A DNA stretch of 31,155 bases from Myxococcota bacterium (GTDB lineage Bacteria > Myxococcota > XYA12-FULL-58-9 > JABJBS01). The position numbers and the translations under genes were made by a program. The DNA is taken from contig JAYZAY010000050.1 of the NCBI GenBank assembly GCA_036339465.1, forward strand, positions 1 through 31,155, in the 5' to 3' direction. A model generated the notes under the pieces. The model saw nothing but the letters and a program-made list of their open reading frames with translations, had not been told where the DNA came from and made no database searches. Positions 18,869-28,733 of this stretch are shown here, piece after piece; position 1 is the stretch's first letter; each line of letters starts with the position of its first letter.

Positions 18869-19377
18869 CTAGAAATACGCAGGGCCCAATGGCTTTGGAA
18901 AGTTTAGGGAGATGGAGAGTAGTGGGGCGTTATGTTTCGAAGCTCGAGCAATCGAGAAGCGATTCCGCTGCACTGTCGCTGGCAGCTTCGAAACCGTTCC
19001 AGGAAAATTTGACAGAGTGACAGAAGCGGCAGTCAGATAGTATTTCCCTTTTTCTCCTTTCGCATGCCAAGGATCCCATCCGCCGAGGGCTGAGCATCCA
19101 ACCACTCAGTTTCGGTAAATTTTCCGTAGAATGTAGCGGGCACCGTACCCTGATAGGTTGTGCTAAGCGAGAAGGTGGCTCGGCAATGGATTTTGATATT
19201 GGCACCGGGCTTTACCCGCGCACTGAGATATTCAACATTGATGACTTATGCATCTACAACAATCTCATCTATCGCTTCTAGATCTTCCTCAGACATTGGG
19301 GCCGGAATGGCAAAACCGGCGGCTCTGGTACCTAGAATCATACCGATAATAATGCGTTTGACGGTTGACTTTAACAT
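18869..19377 (-). pseudogene. Decayed gene for a secreted protein (in-frame TAA, probable later frameshift)
   Basis: GGAG RBS and ATG 19377 give MLKSTVKRIIIGMILGTRAAGFAIPAPMSEEDLEAIDEIVVDA*(TAA 19248-19246)VINVEYLSARV..., with the frame still open after the stop. The 3' end is uncertain. Confidence 0.5.
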
Positions 19378-19538
19378 GGGAACTCCATCGGGTTCTGGGC
19401 TGCTGGAGCTACCATCCTAGGACCGCAAGGCCTATGCTAATGTAGGCAAAGGTAAGGTTGCAGATTACTTGACTTTTCTATTTTCTGCGCTCGGGTGCTC
19501 AACACTTTTTGGATACAATCTTCGGTTTTTGCCCCCCT

Positions 19539-20510
19539 TTATTAACAAAGAAACTGGGGTATTGGCCTGTGGATAACGCTGTGTGTAGACATGTGTATAA
19601 ACCGGTAAATCCTGTGATTGTCCTGCTGAGAAAATTTTTTCCCCCTTTCAACGATCCACTGACCGCGGGCAGGAAGGCAATTTTCTCTGATCCCTTTCCC
19701 ATGGGGCTTAGCGCCATTCTATGTTTTTGACTCGGGATTCGATTTTGCAGAAAATTTGACAAAACCCTAATGATTTCAGGGATTTTTATTCGGTTTTCCA
19801 TTTTATACACAGGTGCGTGTGCACAAACATCAAGACCTGGATAAATGAATCATTTTGTCGCTGTTAGTAAGCGGCAATTTTGGAGAGAATTGTCACCACA
19901 TTGTTGCCTGGCCTAGGGCGCTGAGGGAGAGTCGAGCGGCCCGAAGAGAGGGGAGCCTTCACGCAAGTTCCAATTCTTGCGACCTTTGGACCATTCCATA
20001 CATTTTCAAAACTCCTGCCCATCCCCCCCCCTAAGGGAATGGCAAAAGTAGCAAGTTTGTGGCGAACGAGGGGTTACTCGGATTCACCCATTTCCCCCTT
20101 AAGACAAAGCGATAAAGGAGCGCGCTCGAAAGAAAAAATGAATCCATGGTGGGAGGGCTTATTTTCCAAGGCCTGGAACGAAAACGCTCAATCTTCCTTA
20201 TACTTCTCACCCACAGCCCTTTACGATCAATGTGGAAAAACCTGTGCATAACTCTGTGGACTCAGTGGGCAGGGGGGCCAGAAAGTTGTTGTGAACACGC
20301 CGAGAGTTTTGCGATAGCCGGGAGGGTTCCCTGGATGGGCATCGCTGGATTCCAGAGGTGCTAAACTGCAGAAGGTGGGGCTCTGAGGTCCCTCCGCTTT
20401 GCAGCCTTCGAATTAATTTCAGTTCTTTTGCACAAAATTAGATGCTCATTCCGTTGACTGGACCACAGAATAATGTCTGCAAAAACAACTGTGGATAAAC
20501 TTGTGGGTAA
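19539..20510. other. DnaA-box cluster (candidate oriC or DnaA-binding locus)
   Basis: Perfect TTATNCACA/TGTGNATAA at 19568, 19592, 19803, 20243 and 20490. One-mismatch boxes at 19539, 19818, 20231, 20426 and 20502. No convincing CDS in the interval. Confidence 0.75.
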
Positions 20511-20918
20511 CTCTCCATATCTGCAGCGATTCGCTAAACATATCAATGCTCCAGAGGTGCCATGGGGAATATCGCCTTGCACCCGGAGGCTTGTAGGCTC
20601 ATAACCCCGCCACCAATTTGGGCTCATTCTCAAAAACCAATGCGAACACTCAAAAAACCCGCTAAATTGATGCTTTCCCTGCGCACTCTTTGCTCAGATG
20701 CAGTGGACCGATTCGACCACAAGCCACAAATTTAATTCAAAAACCCCCAAGACGACATCAAGAAGGGCTATTGGCCCAAAGTGTGATGTCCCTTTTTTTG
20801 TGCCGGGAAGACAACCTTAATATTTCTGCGTTTATAACCGTATCTGCGCGGACAAATGCAGCTTTGTAGAAATGTGGAAATGCAGAAATATACCAATGGG
20901 CCGCTATTATGTTTGGCT

Positions 20919-21374
20919 CTAATTTCGTTCGATTTTGGTTTTCATGGCTTGCTCTAGGGGCATCCAACAAGCCAGATCCATGAGGTGCCCATAAAAAGGA
21001 CAGAGCATCAAAACAGCCTGGGCCCCACAAAGAACTTCGATATTAAAAATTTGAATGCCTTGTGGATCGACCATCAGAAAGTCTTCCCCAGAATTACACA
21101 TCTGAATGAATCCGATCAGCACACCCAACCAACCGGCGATGACGTAGCCTTTACGGCCAGTTTGAGCGATAATCGCCCCATATTCTGGACTTTCAGAAAA
21201 CCCTGGTAGCAAAATGCGAAATGCATCTATGCCGTGGGCGCCAAGCATAGCGGCATGCCCTCCGACAAAGGTCAGAATGAGCGATGGAGGATTCACAAAT
21301 TCAGTTAACTCTGCCCCCATCATGATGGCGGAAATCGTGAGTACTTGAATAATGACGAAACCGGCCAACAACAT
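20919..21374 (-). CDS. Short MotA/TolQ/ExbB-like membrane protein
   Basis: FVNPPSLILTFVGG resembles the MotA/PomA TM1-2 junction. GWLGVLIGFIQM and LCPFYG resemble TM3/TM4. The large cytoplasmic loop is absent. Confidence 0.6.
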   Translation of the reverse strand: MLLAGFVIIQVLTISAIMMGAELTEFVNPPSLILTFVGGHAAMLGAHGIDAFRILLPGFSESPEYGAIIAQTGRKGYVIAGWLGVLIGFIQMCNSGEDFLMVDPQGIQIFNIEVLCGAQAVLMLCPFYGHLMDLACWMPLEQAMKTKIERN

Positions 21375-21649
21375 CTTATTCTCCAAAGCTCGTTCACCGT
21401 GATAATACAGGGGAGTAGGGCTTAGTAACTAAGGAAAAAATTGGCTTGACGCCTCGCTGATCCTTTTACCTATTTATGTCCCATTTCAAACCTCTATGGA
21501 AACCAAGAGCATTTTAGACCGCAGAGAAGGCCTCCCCACGAATGCCTTCGAGGAGATCCCCACACTCTGGCCAAATCTCAACGCGCTCCCCACAAAAATC
21601 CAGGGACGCAGGCGGTCGTCAAAACCATCCTTCAACAACTCGAAGGGTC

Positions 21650-21682
21650 ATCGGTTTATCGGCTTTATCGGCTTTATCGGTT
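21650..21682. repeat. Short 9-bp tandem repeat (ATCGGCTTT)-like x~4
   Basis: ATCGGTTT ATCGGCTTT ATCGGCTTT ATCGGTT, immediately beyond the DTW gene stop. Confidence 0.75.
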
Positions 21683-22421
21683 ATACATTATCCAGATTAC
21701 TCAGATTACTCTGATTACCCTGATTACTCTGATTACTCTGATTACTCAGATTACCCAGATTACTCTGATTACCCTGATTACCCTGATTACCCTGATTACC
21801 CTGATTACCCTGATTACCCTGATTACCCTGATTACCTCGGGTCGCCAAGGTCCGTTCCACCATGGTGTTAAAGAGTTTTTCTAGGGCCTGATAAACTTCT
21901 TCTCCCTCGATAATCCGAAGAGCACGCGCAATGGCCTCAAAGGTGCTCAATCCACCGGCTTTGGGTTCATGTCTCAGCTGATAGCGAGTGGGGCCCATAT
22001 CAGGAAGAGTCACCCGCGGTAGCTCTTGAAGCGCCGGTTCCCGGGTGGTGCTCTTGGAGGCTTGTCTCCAACTCCCGTCTGGCACCACCAGAGTAATGGG
22101 GCGGGGGTCTTGGGCCAAGAATGCCGAGCTCAACACGTGAGCATCATCACAGGGATAGAGAAGGAGCGTCCGGCGTTTGGCCGTCACAATGCCAGTGGCA
22201 TCGAAGGGAACATCTTTGCGCCCCCTCAACCGAATTTCGCTGGTGGGAGAAGCCTGGGTGAAAAGCGCAGCACTAGCGGTGGGTTTACTCCACTCACGAT
22301 GGTGCATCACCACCACCACCCGGGTGGTGAGTTCCACAATGGGAATAAGTTCACACAGACAATCCTGAACATGCATGCGGCATTTAGCGCAACGGTGCGC
22401 GCGTTTGGAACGGGTACCCAT
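21681..22421 (-). CDS. tapT: DTW-domain tRNA-uridine aminocarboxypropyltransferase (TapT/YfiP-like) with a repeat-encoded tail
   Basis: N-terminal RCxxC...CLC, HHREWSKPT, LLYP, VVPDGSWRQA (DxTW variant), LSTFEA. C-terminal (GNQ/SNQ/SNL)n. Confidence 0.85.
   Translation of the reverse strand: MGTRSKRAHRCAKCRMHVQDCLCELIPIVELTTRVVVVMHHREWSKPTASAALFTQASPTSEIRLRGRKDVPFDATGIVTAKRRTLLLYPCDDAHVLSSAFLAQDPRPITLVVPDGSWRQASKSTTREPALQELPRVTLPDMGPTRYQLRHEPKAGGLSTFEAIARALRIIEGEEVYQALEKLFNTMVERTLATRGNQGNQGNQGNQGNQGNQGNQGNQSNLGNLSNQSNQSNQGNQSNLSNLDNV
21695..21836. repeat. 9-bp coding tandem repeat (GATTACCCT and variants) x~16
   Basis: Units GATTACCCT/GATTACTCT/GATTACTCA/GATTACCCA. Encodes the GNQ/SNQ/SNL tail of the DTW protein on the minus strand. 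Confidence 0.95.
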
Positions 22422-22475
22422 GCTCTCTATTGTGCTCCCATTCTGTGGACAAGGGCTTCAATTAAGAGTTCCATC

Positions 22476-23219
22476 TTAATTTGAAACATCTTGAGGGTCT
22501 GCGGTGAAAAGAACTTCGGGGACCCCCATGGCTTGAAGGGGACCAGCCAAATCCGCTGGCATCGGGGCGCGCACGGTGACAGGTTCACCACTTCGCAAAT
22601 GGCAAAAACTGATCGACGACGCATGGAGAGCCAATCGCTGCAAGCCGAAGCGTTCGCGAAAGAGGCGATTGTGTTCGCCCTTGCCGTAGTTGACATCGCC
22701 AATGAGGGGATGGGTCATATGCTTGAGATGGCGGCGGATTTGATGGAGACGCCCGGTTTTGGGCCAGGCTGCTACCCAAGAGTAGCGTTCGAAATAATAA
22801 AGGCGACGAAAGTAGGTGATGGCATCCACCCGCTCACCCCTAGGTTCCTTAGGTACAGGGTGGTCGATGATGCCTTCGTCGGGGGTGATACCACGCACCA
22901 AGGCCAAATAGGCCTTTTGATGATGACCAGCCTCAAAGCTTTGAGAGAGGGCACGCGCGGCTTCTTTATTGAGTGCAAAAATAAGCGCCCCACTCGTGGG
23001 GCGATCCAAACGATGAACGGGAAAGACATGCCGACCCACATAGTCTCGCACCAGGGTCATGGCCACCACTTTATCGTTGTCCCAGCCGCGATGGACCAAC
23101 AAACCCGAGGGTTTATTGATAACCACGAGATCGGGATCTTCATAGAGACTATCCAAGTCTTCGATTGAGGCGCGGGTGATTTCTGCTGGTTGCTGATGCG
23201 ATGGGGCGTTGCTTGTCAT
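22476..23219 (-). CDS. truC: RluA-family pseudouridine synthase, TruC-like (tRNA psi65)
   Basis: LYEDPDLVVINKPSGLLVHRGW, HRLDRPTSG, KAYLALVRG, PKTGRLHQIRRHLKH, IGDVNYGKGEHNR, RLALHA. Confidence 0.85.
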   Translation of the reverse strand: MTSNAPSHQQPAEITRASIEDLDSLYEDPDLVVINKPSGLLVHRGWDNDKVVAMTLVRDYVGRHVFPVHRLDRPTSGALIFALNKEAARALSQSFEAGHHQKAYLALVRGITPDEGIIDHPVPKEPRGERVDAITYFRRLYYFERYSWVAAWPKTGRLHQIRRHLKHMTHPLIGDVNYGKGEHNRLFRERFGLQRLALHASSISFCHLRSGEPVTVRAPMPADLAGPLQAMGVPEVLFTADPQDVSN

Positions 23220-23348
23220 GAAGGCTACCCCACCGTACCAAGCCGATGGGTCATTTGGGATTGGAGCATGGGGGCTTATAGAGGGGGGGCTCCGGTTGCG
23301 CAACGGTATGGGGAGTGTATTCACACACCGCCACCATCGATAAATCAA

Positions 23349-23465
23349 TGTAATGGCGATACTCTAAGCGAATGCTCTTGTTCAGCTAAATGGGTGGCTA
23401 AGGGCGATTGCTGTGCGTATACTTGTGACAAATGTGGAGCTTGCCTAAAAAAGAAAATGCTCTAG
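23349..23465 (+). pseudogene. Cys-rich somatomedin-B-like domain remnant
   Basis: CNGDTLSECSCSAKWVAKGDCCAYTCDKCGAC resembles CxCDxxCxxxGDCCxDxxxxC. No credible start codon. Confidence 0.4.
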
Positions 23466-23652
23466 ACCAACCTCGACTGAATACCGCCAATCTTCGGCTG
23501 CGAATCCTGGATTTAGTTTTAAGTGTTGGGAAAATAGGTGGTGACTCACCTAGGCGTCGTTTGCCTATTCCAGAAAAACTTTCGTAGGAGCCCTGGGGAG
23601 GCTACCCCAAAGTATCGGTCAAGTGAATCGACCTATGCTCAAAAAATCTACC

Positions 23653-24798
23653 CTATGATTCGAGAGACTCAATGGTTTCTCGATAAATCACACCGCGCTC
23701 TTTGAGACCTTTCAACATAAAATCCACACATTCCTTGTTTTTACCAATAAACTCAGGCGGATTAATGCCTTTGTCCGCAAAGAGCCCTTGGGCAAGAAGT
23801 CGAACCGCCATGCTTGCAGTATAGCCGGTTGCACGAGCCATGGAAGTCGTATTGGTCTCGGTGCAGTAACTGTCTAGAAGGTCATAGCTGTGCCGAATCC
23901 GCTTACCATCCTTGGTTCCTTCGGTGAATACTTTCAGAACGGTAATATCTTCTTCACCTTCAGCCAATTTCCATTGGGCAAACAGAAGCTTGGAGGTAAG
24001 GTCGATGGGACGGATTTTACGCCCATTGATCTCAATTTCTTCTTCACCAAAAAAACCACTTTCGCGCATCATAGACATTTTTTCTCGGTGACCTATATAG
24101 CGAAGGGTTTTTTCCTTCATCAGTTTTGCGGGTATCGTTTTGGCAAGGGTTCTCAAACCATCGCTATTAAATGCTTCCAGAGTACCTACGCCAGGAAAGT
24201 CGAGGAGTTCTGGCTCTGAAAGAGCAGGCATCACAACCATTTTTCCATCCTGAATATAGCGAGCAGGGCGAGTATACTCTTCGATAACGTCAATCGGAGA
24301 AAAAACCGCTTTATATTCATAAGGCCATGTTCTCACTTTGGGAAGACCACCCACATAGGTAATAGCCGTATCAATTTCGTCCAATTGTTCGGCCATATGG
24401 CCGGTGAGAAGATTATTCATGCCTGGTGCCACACCGCAATCTACGATCGCCGTAACTCCTTGCTCTTTTGCCAAGCCATCCAATTCGAAGGGATCTTCGG
24501 AATAGAAAGCGATGTCTACGACATCCTTCTTTGATTCAAGGATCGACCGCATGGTCTTAAATCCCATGAAACCCGGCACAGCATTCACCACCCAATGGTA
24601 TTGTTTCAAAAGCTCCTTGAGGATTTCAGCATTGGATAGATCCGCTTGGATAACCTTAAGGGATGGCGCGGCATGCTTGAGTCGCTGAAGGGCCTGAGCA
24701 CTGATATCAGCCACGGTTACCTCAAAATCTTCATCTCGGTCGAGATCTAGGGCTAGAGGGCCGCCAACAAGGCCGGCACCCAATACGATAACTTTCAT
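23653..24798 (-). CDS. Saccharopine dehydrogenase family oxidoreductase (lysine 6-dehydrogenase-like)
   Basis: VIVLGAGLVG Rossmann motif, NAVPGFMG, DCGVAPG, YVGGLP, IEEYTRPAR, EAFNSDGLRTL, EKTLRY, SMARATGY. Confidence 0.92.
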   Translation of the reverse strand: MKVIVLGAGLVGGPLALDLDRDEDFEVTVADISAQALQRLKHAAPSLKVIQADLSNAEILKELLKQYHWVVNAVPGFMGFKTMRSILESKKDVVDIAFYSEDPFELDGLAKEQGVTAIVDCGVAPGMNNLLTGHMAEQLDEIDTAITYVGGLPKVRTWPYEYKAVFSPIDVIEEYTRPARYIQDGKMVVMPALSEPELLDFPGVGTLEAFNSDGLRTLAKTIPAKLMKEKTLRYIGHREKMSMMRESGFFGEEEIEINGRKIRPIDLTSKLLFAQWKLAEGEEDITVLKVFTEGTKDGKRIRHSYDLLDSYCTETNTTSMARATGYTASMAVRLLAQGLFADKGINPPEFIGKNKECVDFMLKGLKERGVIYRETIESLES

Positions 24799-25435
24799 AA
24801 CAGTCGTCTTTCTCTCGAGTTTGGTCCTCAAGTGTTTGTTGTGTCGTTTTTTTTTAGAGAGGAAACAGGCGCAACTTTGTGGTTAGAGCCCACTGAAACG
24901 ATTGAGATAGGTAATGATACCTACGAGGGATTTGAGGTGGATAGAGTTGCTTGGCATTCTTCTACAGGTCTCCAGATTATAGGCCATCGATAAAGAAGAT
25001 AATTTGGACTGTCAAGCCAAAGGACGTCGCCTATAGGATTCCAAGTTGTTTGTTCATAAAAGGGAGAGCCCGTGTCTTTGGGGCTCGTTGTCTCGCTGTC
25101 TAATACCTAAATTATCATGTACCAATGCGGTGCTAAAACCGACCAAGCCCACCCCCAATCACCCAAAAGTCCAAGACCTCCAACTTGCGGTGGTTGTAAC
25201 AGTCTTTGGTATTGATTCAAGTAAATCCCAAAATCGACCGCTTAGCTCATACTGTATGGTTCTTTTCCCCTCATCCTGGAGCCTTAGCAATATAAGCTTG
25301 AAAGATAAGCTTGGAACCAGCCCAGTGAAAAAAAGGACAGTCCATAAGAGCGTGAAGGCTATCACCAATTTCATGGTATCACTCACTGATAAGGTATTCT
25401 GCGATGATGTGATATCTCGAAATGATTGCCTAAAT

Positions 25436-26314
25436 TTATGCTTGGGTCATGTTTCGTTGGGTCGTACTAAGCACCGATCTTGTGAGCTGGTAAAGCATCC
25501 TTGTGGTATTGCCCTGAAGCAGTGCTTGACTCGATGTCATCCCTGCGACCGCAACCAAATCAATCATCGTAACATCTCCGGAACAACCCACAATGGTGAT
25601 GCCCTCTTTCGGGGTGTTAGGAGCCGGATCCTGAGAGGAAAATTTCCATTTAGTCTCTCTGGCAAGACCATGACACAATTTAGACTTTTCCATAGCAACA
25701 TAGAGAGCTCCATCCCAAAAGCTCGGTCGACGAGGACTTCCCTGAAACCCTCGCAAACGTCCCATGTACTCAATGATCAAGAGAACCTCCATGTGTTTTT
25801 CTAGGAAAACCGCCAGAGGGAGTGCCAAACCCTGGTCTTTGAGTCGCTCTACAAGTTCTCTTGATTGAGTTGAGAAGGCAACCTCTTCAAGTCCTTTGTT
25901 AAGAATGCGTTGTGGCACAATCATTTGATTTAAAACCCTCTTTAATTCCGCATGAATTTGAAGAGGAACACTCTTTTTCCATGCCTCCAACTGATTCCCG
26001 ATAACTCGAATCGTTTCCGGTTCTCCCTCGTTAGATTCTGAGTTTGAAACTTGTGGGGTAAATGATTGATTGTCACTAAACTCATGTGGCTGCGGATAAG
26101 TTCGGTGGAGAAGCTCATGAATATTGTGAGGCTCGGCTTGTTGCCTTTCTATGGTCTCCAATTGCTCGTTACTCGTATTTTTTCTTGGAGAATCAGAATT
26201 TTCATCGATGGTTTGCATCCCATCACTCCCGGTTTGTGTCTCTTGTAAACAGCTTATCAGCAACGCACCTTTTTGTGCGTCTGATTTATATTTAGTGAGA
26301 TTTGCATCACACAC
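25436..26314 (-). CDS. Hypothetical protein (possibly truncated)
   Basis: 292-aa ORF, co-oriented with and downstream of the MMPL gene. No recognisable motif. Confidence 0.45.
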   Translation of the reverse strand: MCDANLTKYKSDAQKGALLISCLQETQTGSDGMQTIDENSDSPRKNTSNEQLETIERQQAEPHNIHELLHRTYPQPHEFSDNQSFTPQVSNSESNEGEPETIRVIGNQLEAWKKSVPLQIHAELKRVLNQMIVPQRILNKGLEEVAFSTQSRELVERLKDQGLALPLAVFLEKHMEVLLIIEYMGRLRGFQGSPRRPSFWDGALYVAMEKSKLCHGLARETKWKFSSQDPAPNTPKEGITIVGCSGDVTMIDLVAVAGMTSSQALLQGNTTRMLYQLTRSVLSTTQRNMTQA

Positions 26315-26405
26315 AGCGACTGGAAATAAATTGAGATGTACTAAAATACGACAATCTTAACTCCTCGCTTATAGTATCCTGTGTGTGGAATTTTCGGAAA
26401 ATCTT

Positions 26406-28733
26406 CTAGTTTGGCGATATGGAAACTTTCGTCAACTCTTTAGACCAGGAAAAAGCCAATAAAGTGGGTAGAAGTATCAAATCGCCAAAAATAGCACTAA
26501 GCATGGTGAAGCCCGTCAATTCAGCGAAGCGTTGGGTCGGAACAAAGTTTGATTGCATGAGCACAAATAAGCCACTTAGTATGATGATAGTAGACACCAA
26601 GATAGCTCTCCCTGTATGTTGAAGGGTGCTTTCTAGGGCCTTGTCTACTGGATATTTTTCGATGTCCTCGCGGAATCTCGCGAGAAAATGTATCGTGTTG
26701 TCAACCGCAATACCTAAACTCAAGCAAAATACGACCACATTGCCCGCGCTTAAATCATAACCACAAATCCCCATGTAGCCCATGGTCATAATCAAGGGGG
26801 TCAGGTTTGGTACAATGGCCACGAGACCGAATCGAAGGGAGCGGAAGAGCAATCCAATGATAAAGAAGATGAGGATTGAAGCCCCAACAAATGAATAGAG
26901 AAGCTCATGGATAAACCTGTCCACAGCTTTTGCATTGACGTAAACTTCACCGGTTTGATGGCCACTAATTTTTCCATTCGTTGGAAAAATCTCTTCAATG
27001 TGGGCTTCGATCTTGTTGATCAGCTCAATTCCCGCTTTGGTTCCTATGTCTTTCACTCTAAGAAGGACCCTGCCTCGAGAGTGGTCTTGATTAATAAAAT
27101 ACTGAGGGTAAAAAACTTCGTGCATGAACTCTAGAAATTTTTGTGTGCTTTGAATTTCTTCATTCGTCCGGACCCAGAATTTATCGTCCTTCGTCTTGAT
27201 GCCATTGAAGTATTGGCGATGGATATCAACATATGAAAGAGATGATATGACCTCTGCCTCATTTTGGGCCTTTGCTTGAAGAGCCGCTATCTTTCTCAAA
27301 TTCCTGCCCTCCAACAAGAATCCGGGGGGGCCGTGAATACCTATTTCCAATTGAAGGAAACCCCCTAAATTCTCATTGATGCGGTGGAGTGTCTGGGAAA
27401 TAGGATGGGTTTCTTCGTAGGTTTCGAGGTAGTGAGAGTTAATAACAACGCGCTGTCCGTAAACCAATCCAGTCCCGATAATAGCAATACTTAAAAAAGC
27501 AAATCCCCATCGATACCGCATGATGACTCGCCCCAATGCAGAAAATGTTCTGGAGCTACGAAGCGAAAGAGATTGGGGCGGTGGAACGAATCGATGCAGC
27601 AAGGTGCAAAAAACAATGACGATGGTGATATACACAATCACCAAGCCAAAAATCGACTGAGCCGCAGTGGATTTTTGGAGATACGAACTACCCCCGGCAA
27701 GAGAACCAAAGCCCAAAGCCGTCGTTAGAATGGTCAAGCCACAAGCCACGACCATATGCTTCATCGTTTCAATGCTGGCTTGGGTCTGGTCGCGACAAGA
27801 AGAAAACTCTTCCCCGTAACGGTGAATAATATGGACACCGTTTGACACACCGATAATCATTAAAAGAAGGGGGAGTGCATTACTAATAACCGTAATGGCT
27901 TGTCCTAGAATAACGAATCCCGCGATGGTCCACGCAAGACCAACGCCAACTGCCACGAGGGGGAGTATGACCCCCACTATAGATCTGAAAATAACGATGA
28001 GTATAAGGATAAAAATAATGGTGACAAGAGGGACCAGAGTAAGCTGGTCGTTCTTAAGATTTCGAATCACGTCAGCTCGAATGGCCGCAAGACCGCTCAG
28101 CTCCCAACTCAGTCCCTGGGGAGGAGAATGTTTATGAAGCGCGCTTTCAATGGCCTCGACGATAGTTAGAATAGCTTCAATGGCTTGAATGCCATTTTCT
28201 ATTTCGATGGCCACCAGACCCATCTTCAGATTTGGACTTAGCCATTGCTGTCCTAGAGGCCCCGACTTCCCAATAACCCCGCGGAGAACAAGGGCGTCCT
28301 CATGAGTCACAGGGATCTCGTCGATAATGGGCAAAGCCATGACCGGTATAAAGGGCACGATGTTGCGTTTGGGTTCTTTGAGACTGGTGGGCGCTAAAAC
28401 CTTCTCGACACCCTCGACCCCAAGCAACTCTTTGGATATTTTTGCCATCCAAGTAAGATTGATTGGCGTGAGGAGATCTTCACGACCTTTGGTTTCAAGA
28501 ACTAAGAGAATAACACGCTTCTGAAGTTTAAAGGTTTTTTGAAAGTCGGCTCGGTATTCTGTCAGATCATCATTTCCCCGAAAAAGCTCTTCAGGACTAA
28601 AGTTGTAGGTAAGATCAACAGCGGAAACAGTCGCCACAAGGGTCAATATTGCCGTAGGATAAAGAACCGTCCTTGGATGCGCTTGTAAGAAGCACACAAC
28701 GCGTTGAACGATATTTTTTCCGTAAACAGCCAT
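26406..28733 (-). CDS. MMPL/RND superfamily transporter
   Basis: Two repeats of periplasmic domain plus TM bundle. IIGVSNGVHIIHRY, LTILTTALGFGSL, LGIAVDNTIHFLARF, TGRAILVS. Confidence 0.92.
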   Translation of the reverse strand: MAVYGKNIVQRVVCFLQAHPRTVLYPTAILTLVATVSAVDLTYNFSPEELFRGNDDLTEYRADFQKTFKLQKRVILLVLETKGREDLLTPINLTWMAKISKELLGVEGVEKVLAPTSLKEPKRNIVPFIPVMALPIIDEIPVTHEDALVLRGVIGKSGPLGQQWLSPNLKMGLVAIEIENGIQAIEAILTIVEAIESALHKHSPPQGLSWELSGLAAIRADVIRNLKNDQLTLVPLVTIIFILILIVIFRSIVGVILPLVAVGVGLAWTIAGFVILGQAITVISNALPLLLMIIGVSNGVHIIHRYGEEFSSCRDQTQASIETMKHMVVACGLTILTTALGFGSLAGGSSYLQKSTAAQSIFGLVIVYITIVIVFCTLLHRFVPPPQSLSLRSSRTFSALGRVIMRYRWGFAFLSIAIIGTGLVYGQRVVINSHYLETYEETHPISQTLHRINENLGGFLQLEIGIHGPPGFLLEGRNLRKIAALQAKAQNEAEVISSLSYVDIHRQYFNGIKTKDDKFWVRTNEEIQSTQKFLEFMHEVFYPQYFINQDHSRGRVLLRVKDIGTKAGIELINKIEAHIEEIFPTNGKISGHQTGEVYVNAKAVDRFIHELLYSFVGASILIFFIIGLLFRSLRFGLVAIVPNLTPLIMTMGYMGICGYDLSAGNVVVFCLSLGIAVDNTIHFLARFREDIEKYPVDKALESTLQHTGRAILVSTIIILSGLFVLMQSNFVPTQRFAELTGFTMLSAIFGDLILLPTLLAFSWSKELTKVSISPN

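Noticed and set aside
19499..20633. Short ORFs within the DnaA-box region
   Set aside because: They are 70-103 aa, overlap on both strands and have no motifs; the region is better explained as non-coding.
21542..21871. Plus-strand ORF with (DYP/DYS)n repeats
   Set aside because: It is the antisense reading of the 9-bp repeat in the DTW gene, with no independent coding evidence.
23530..23570. Short hairpins (TAGGTG/CACCTA) downstream of the dehydrogenase as an ncRNA
   Set aside because: Stems are short with no recognisable family features; at most a terminator-like element.
24800..25040. Lysine riboswitch upstream of the saccharopine dehydrogenase-family gene
   Set aside because: The only AGAG-TGC-like seed is on the wrong strand and no supporting multi-stem structure was seen.
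25046..25804. 252-aa plus-strand ORF
   Set aside because: It is largely antisense to the 25436..26314 ORF, has a TTG start and atypical composition, and shows no motif.
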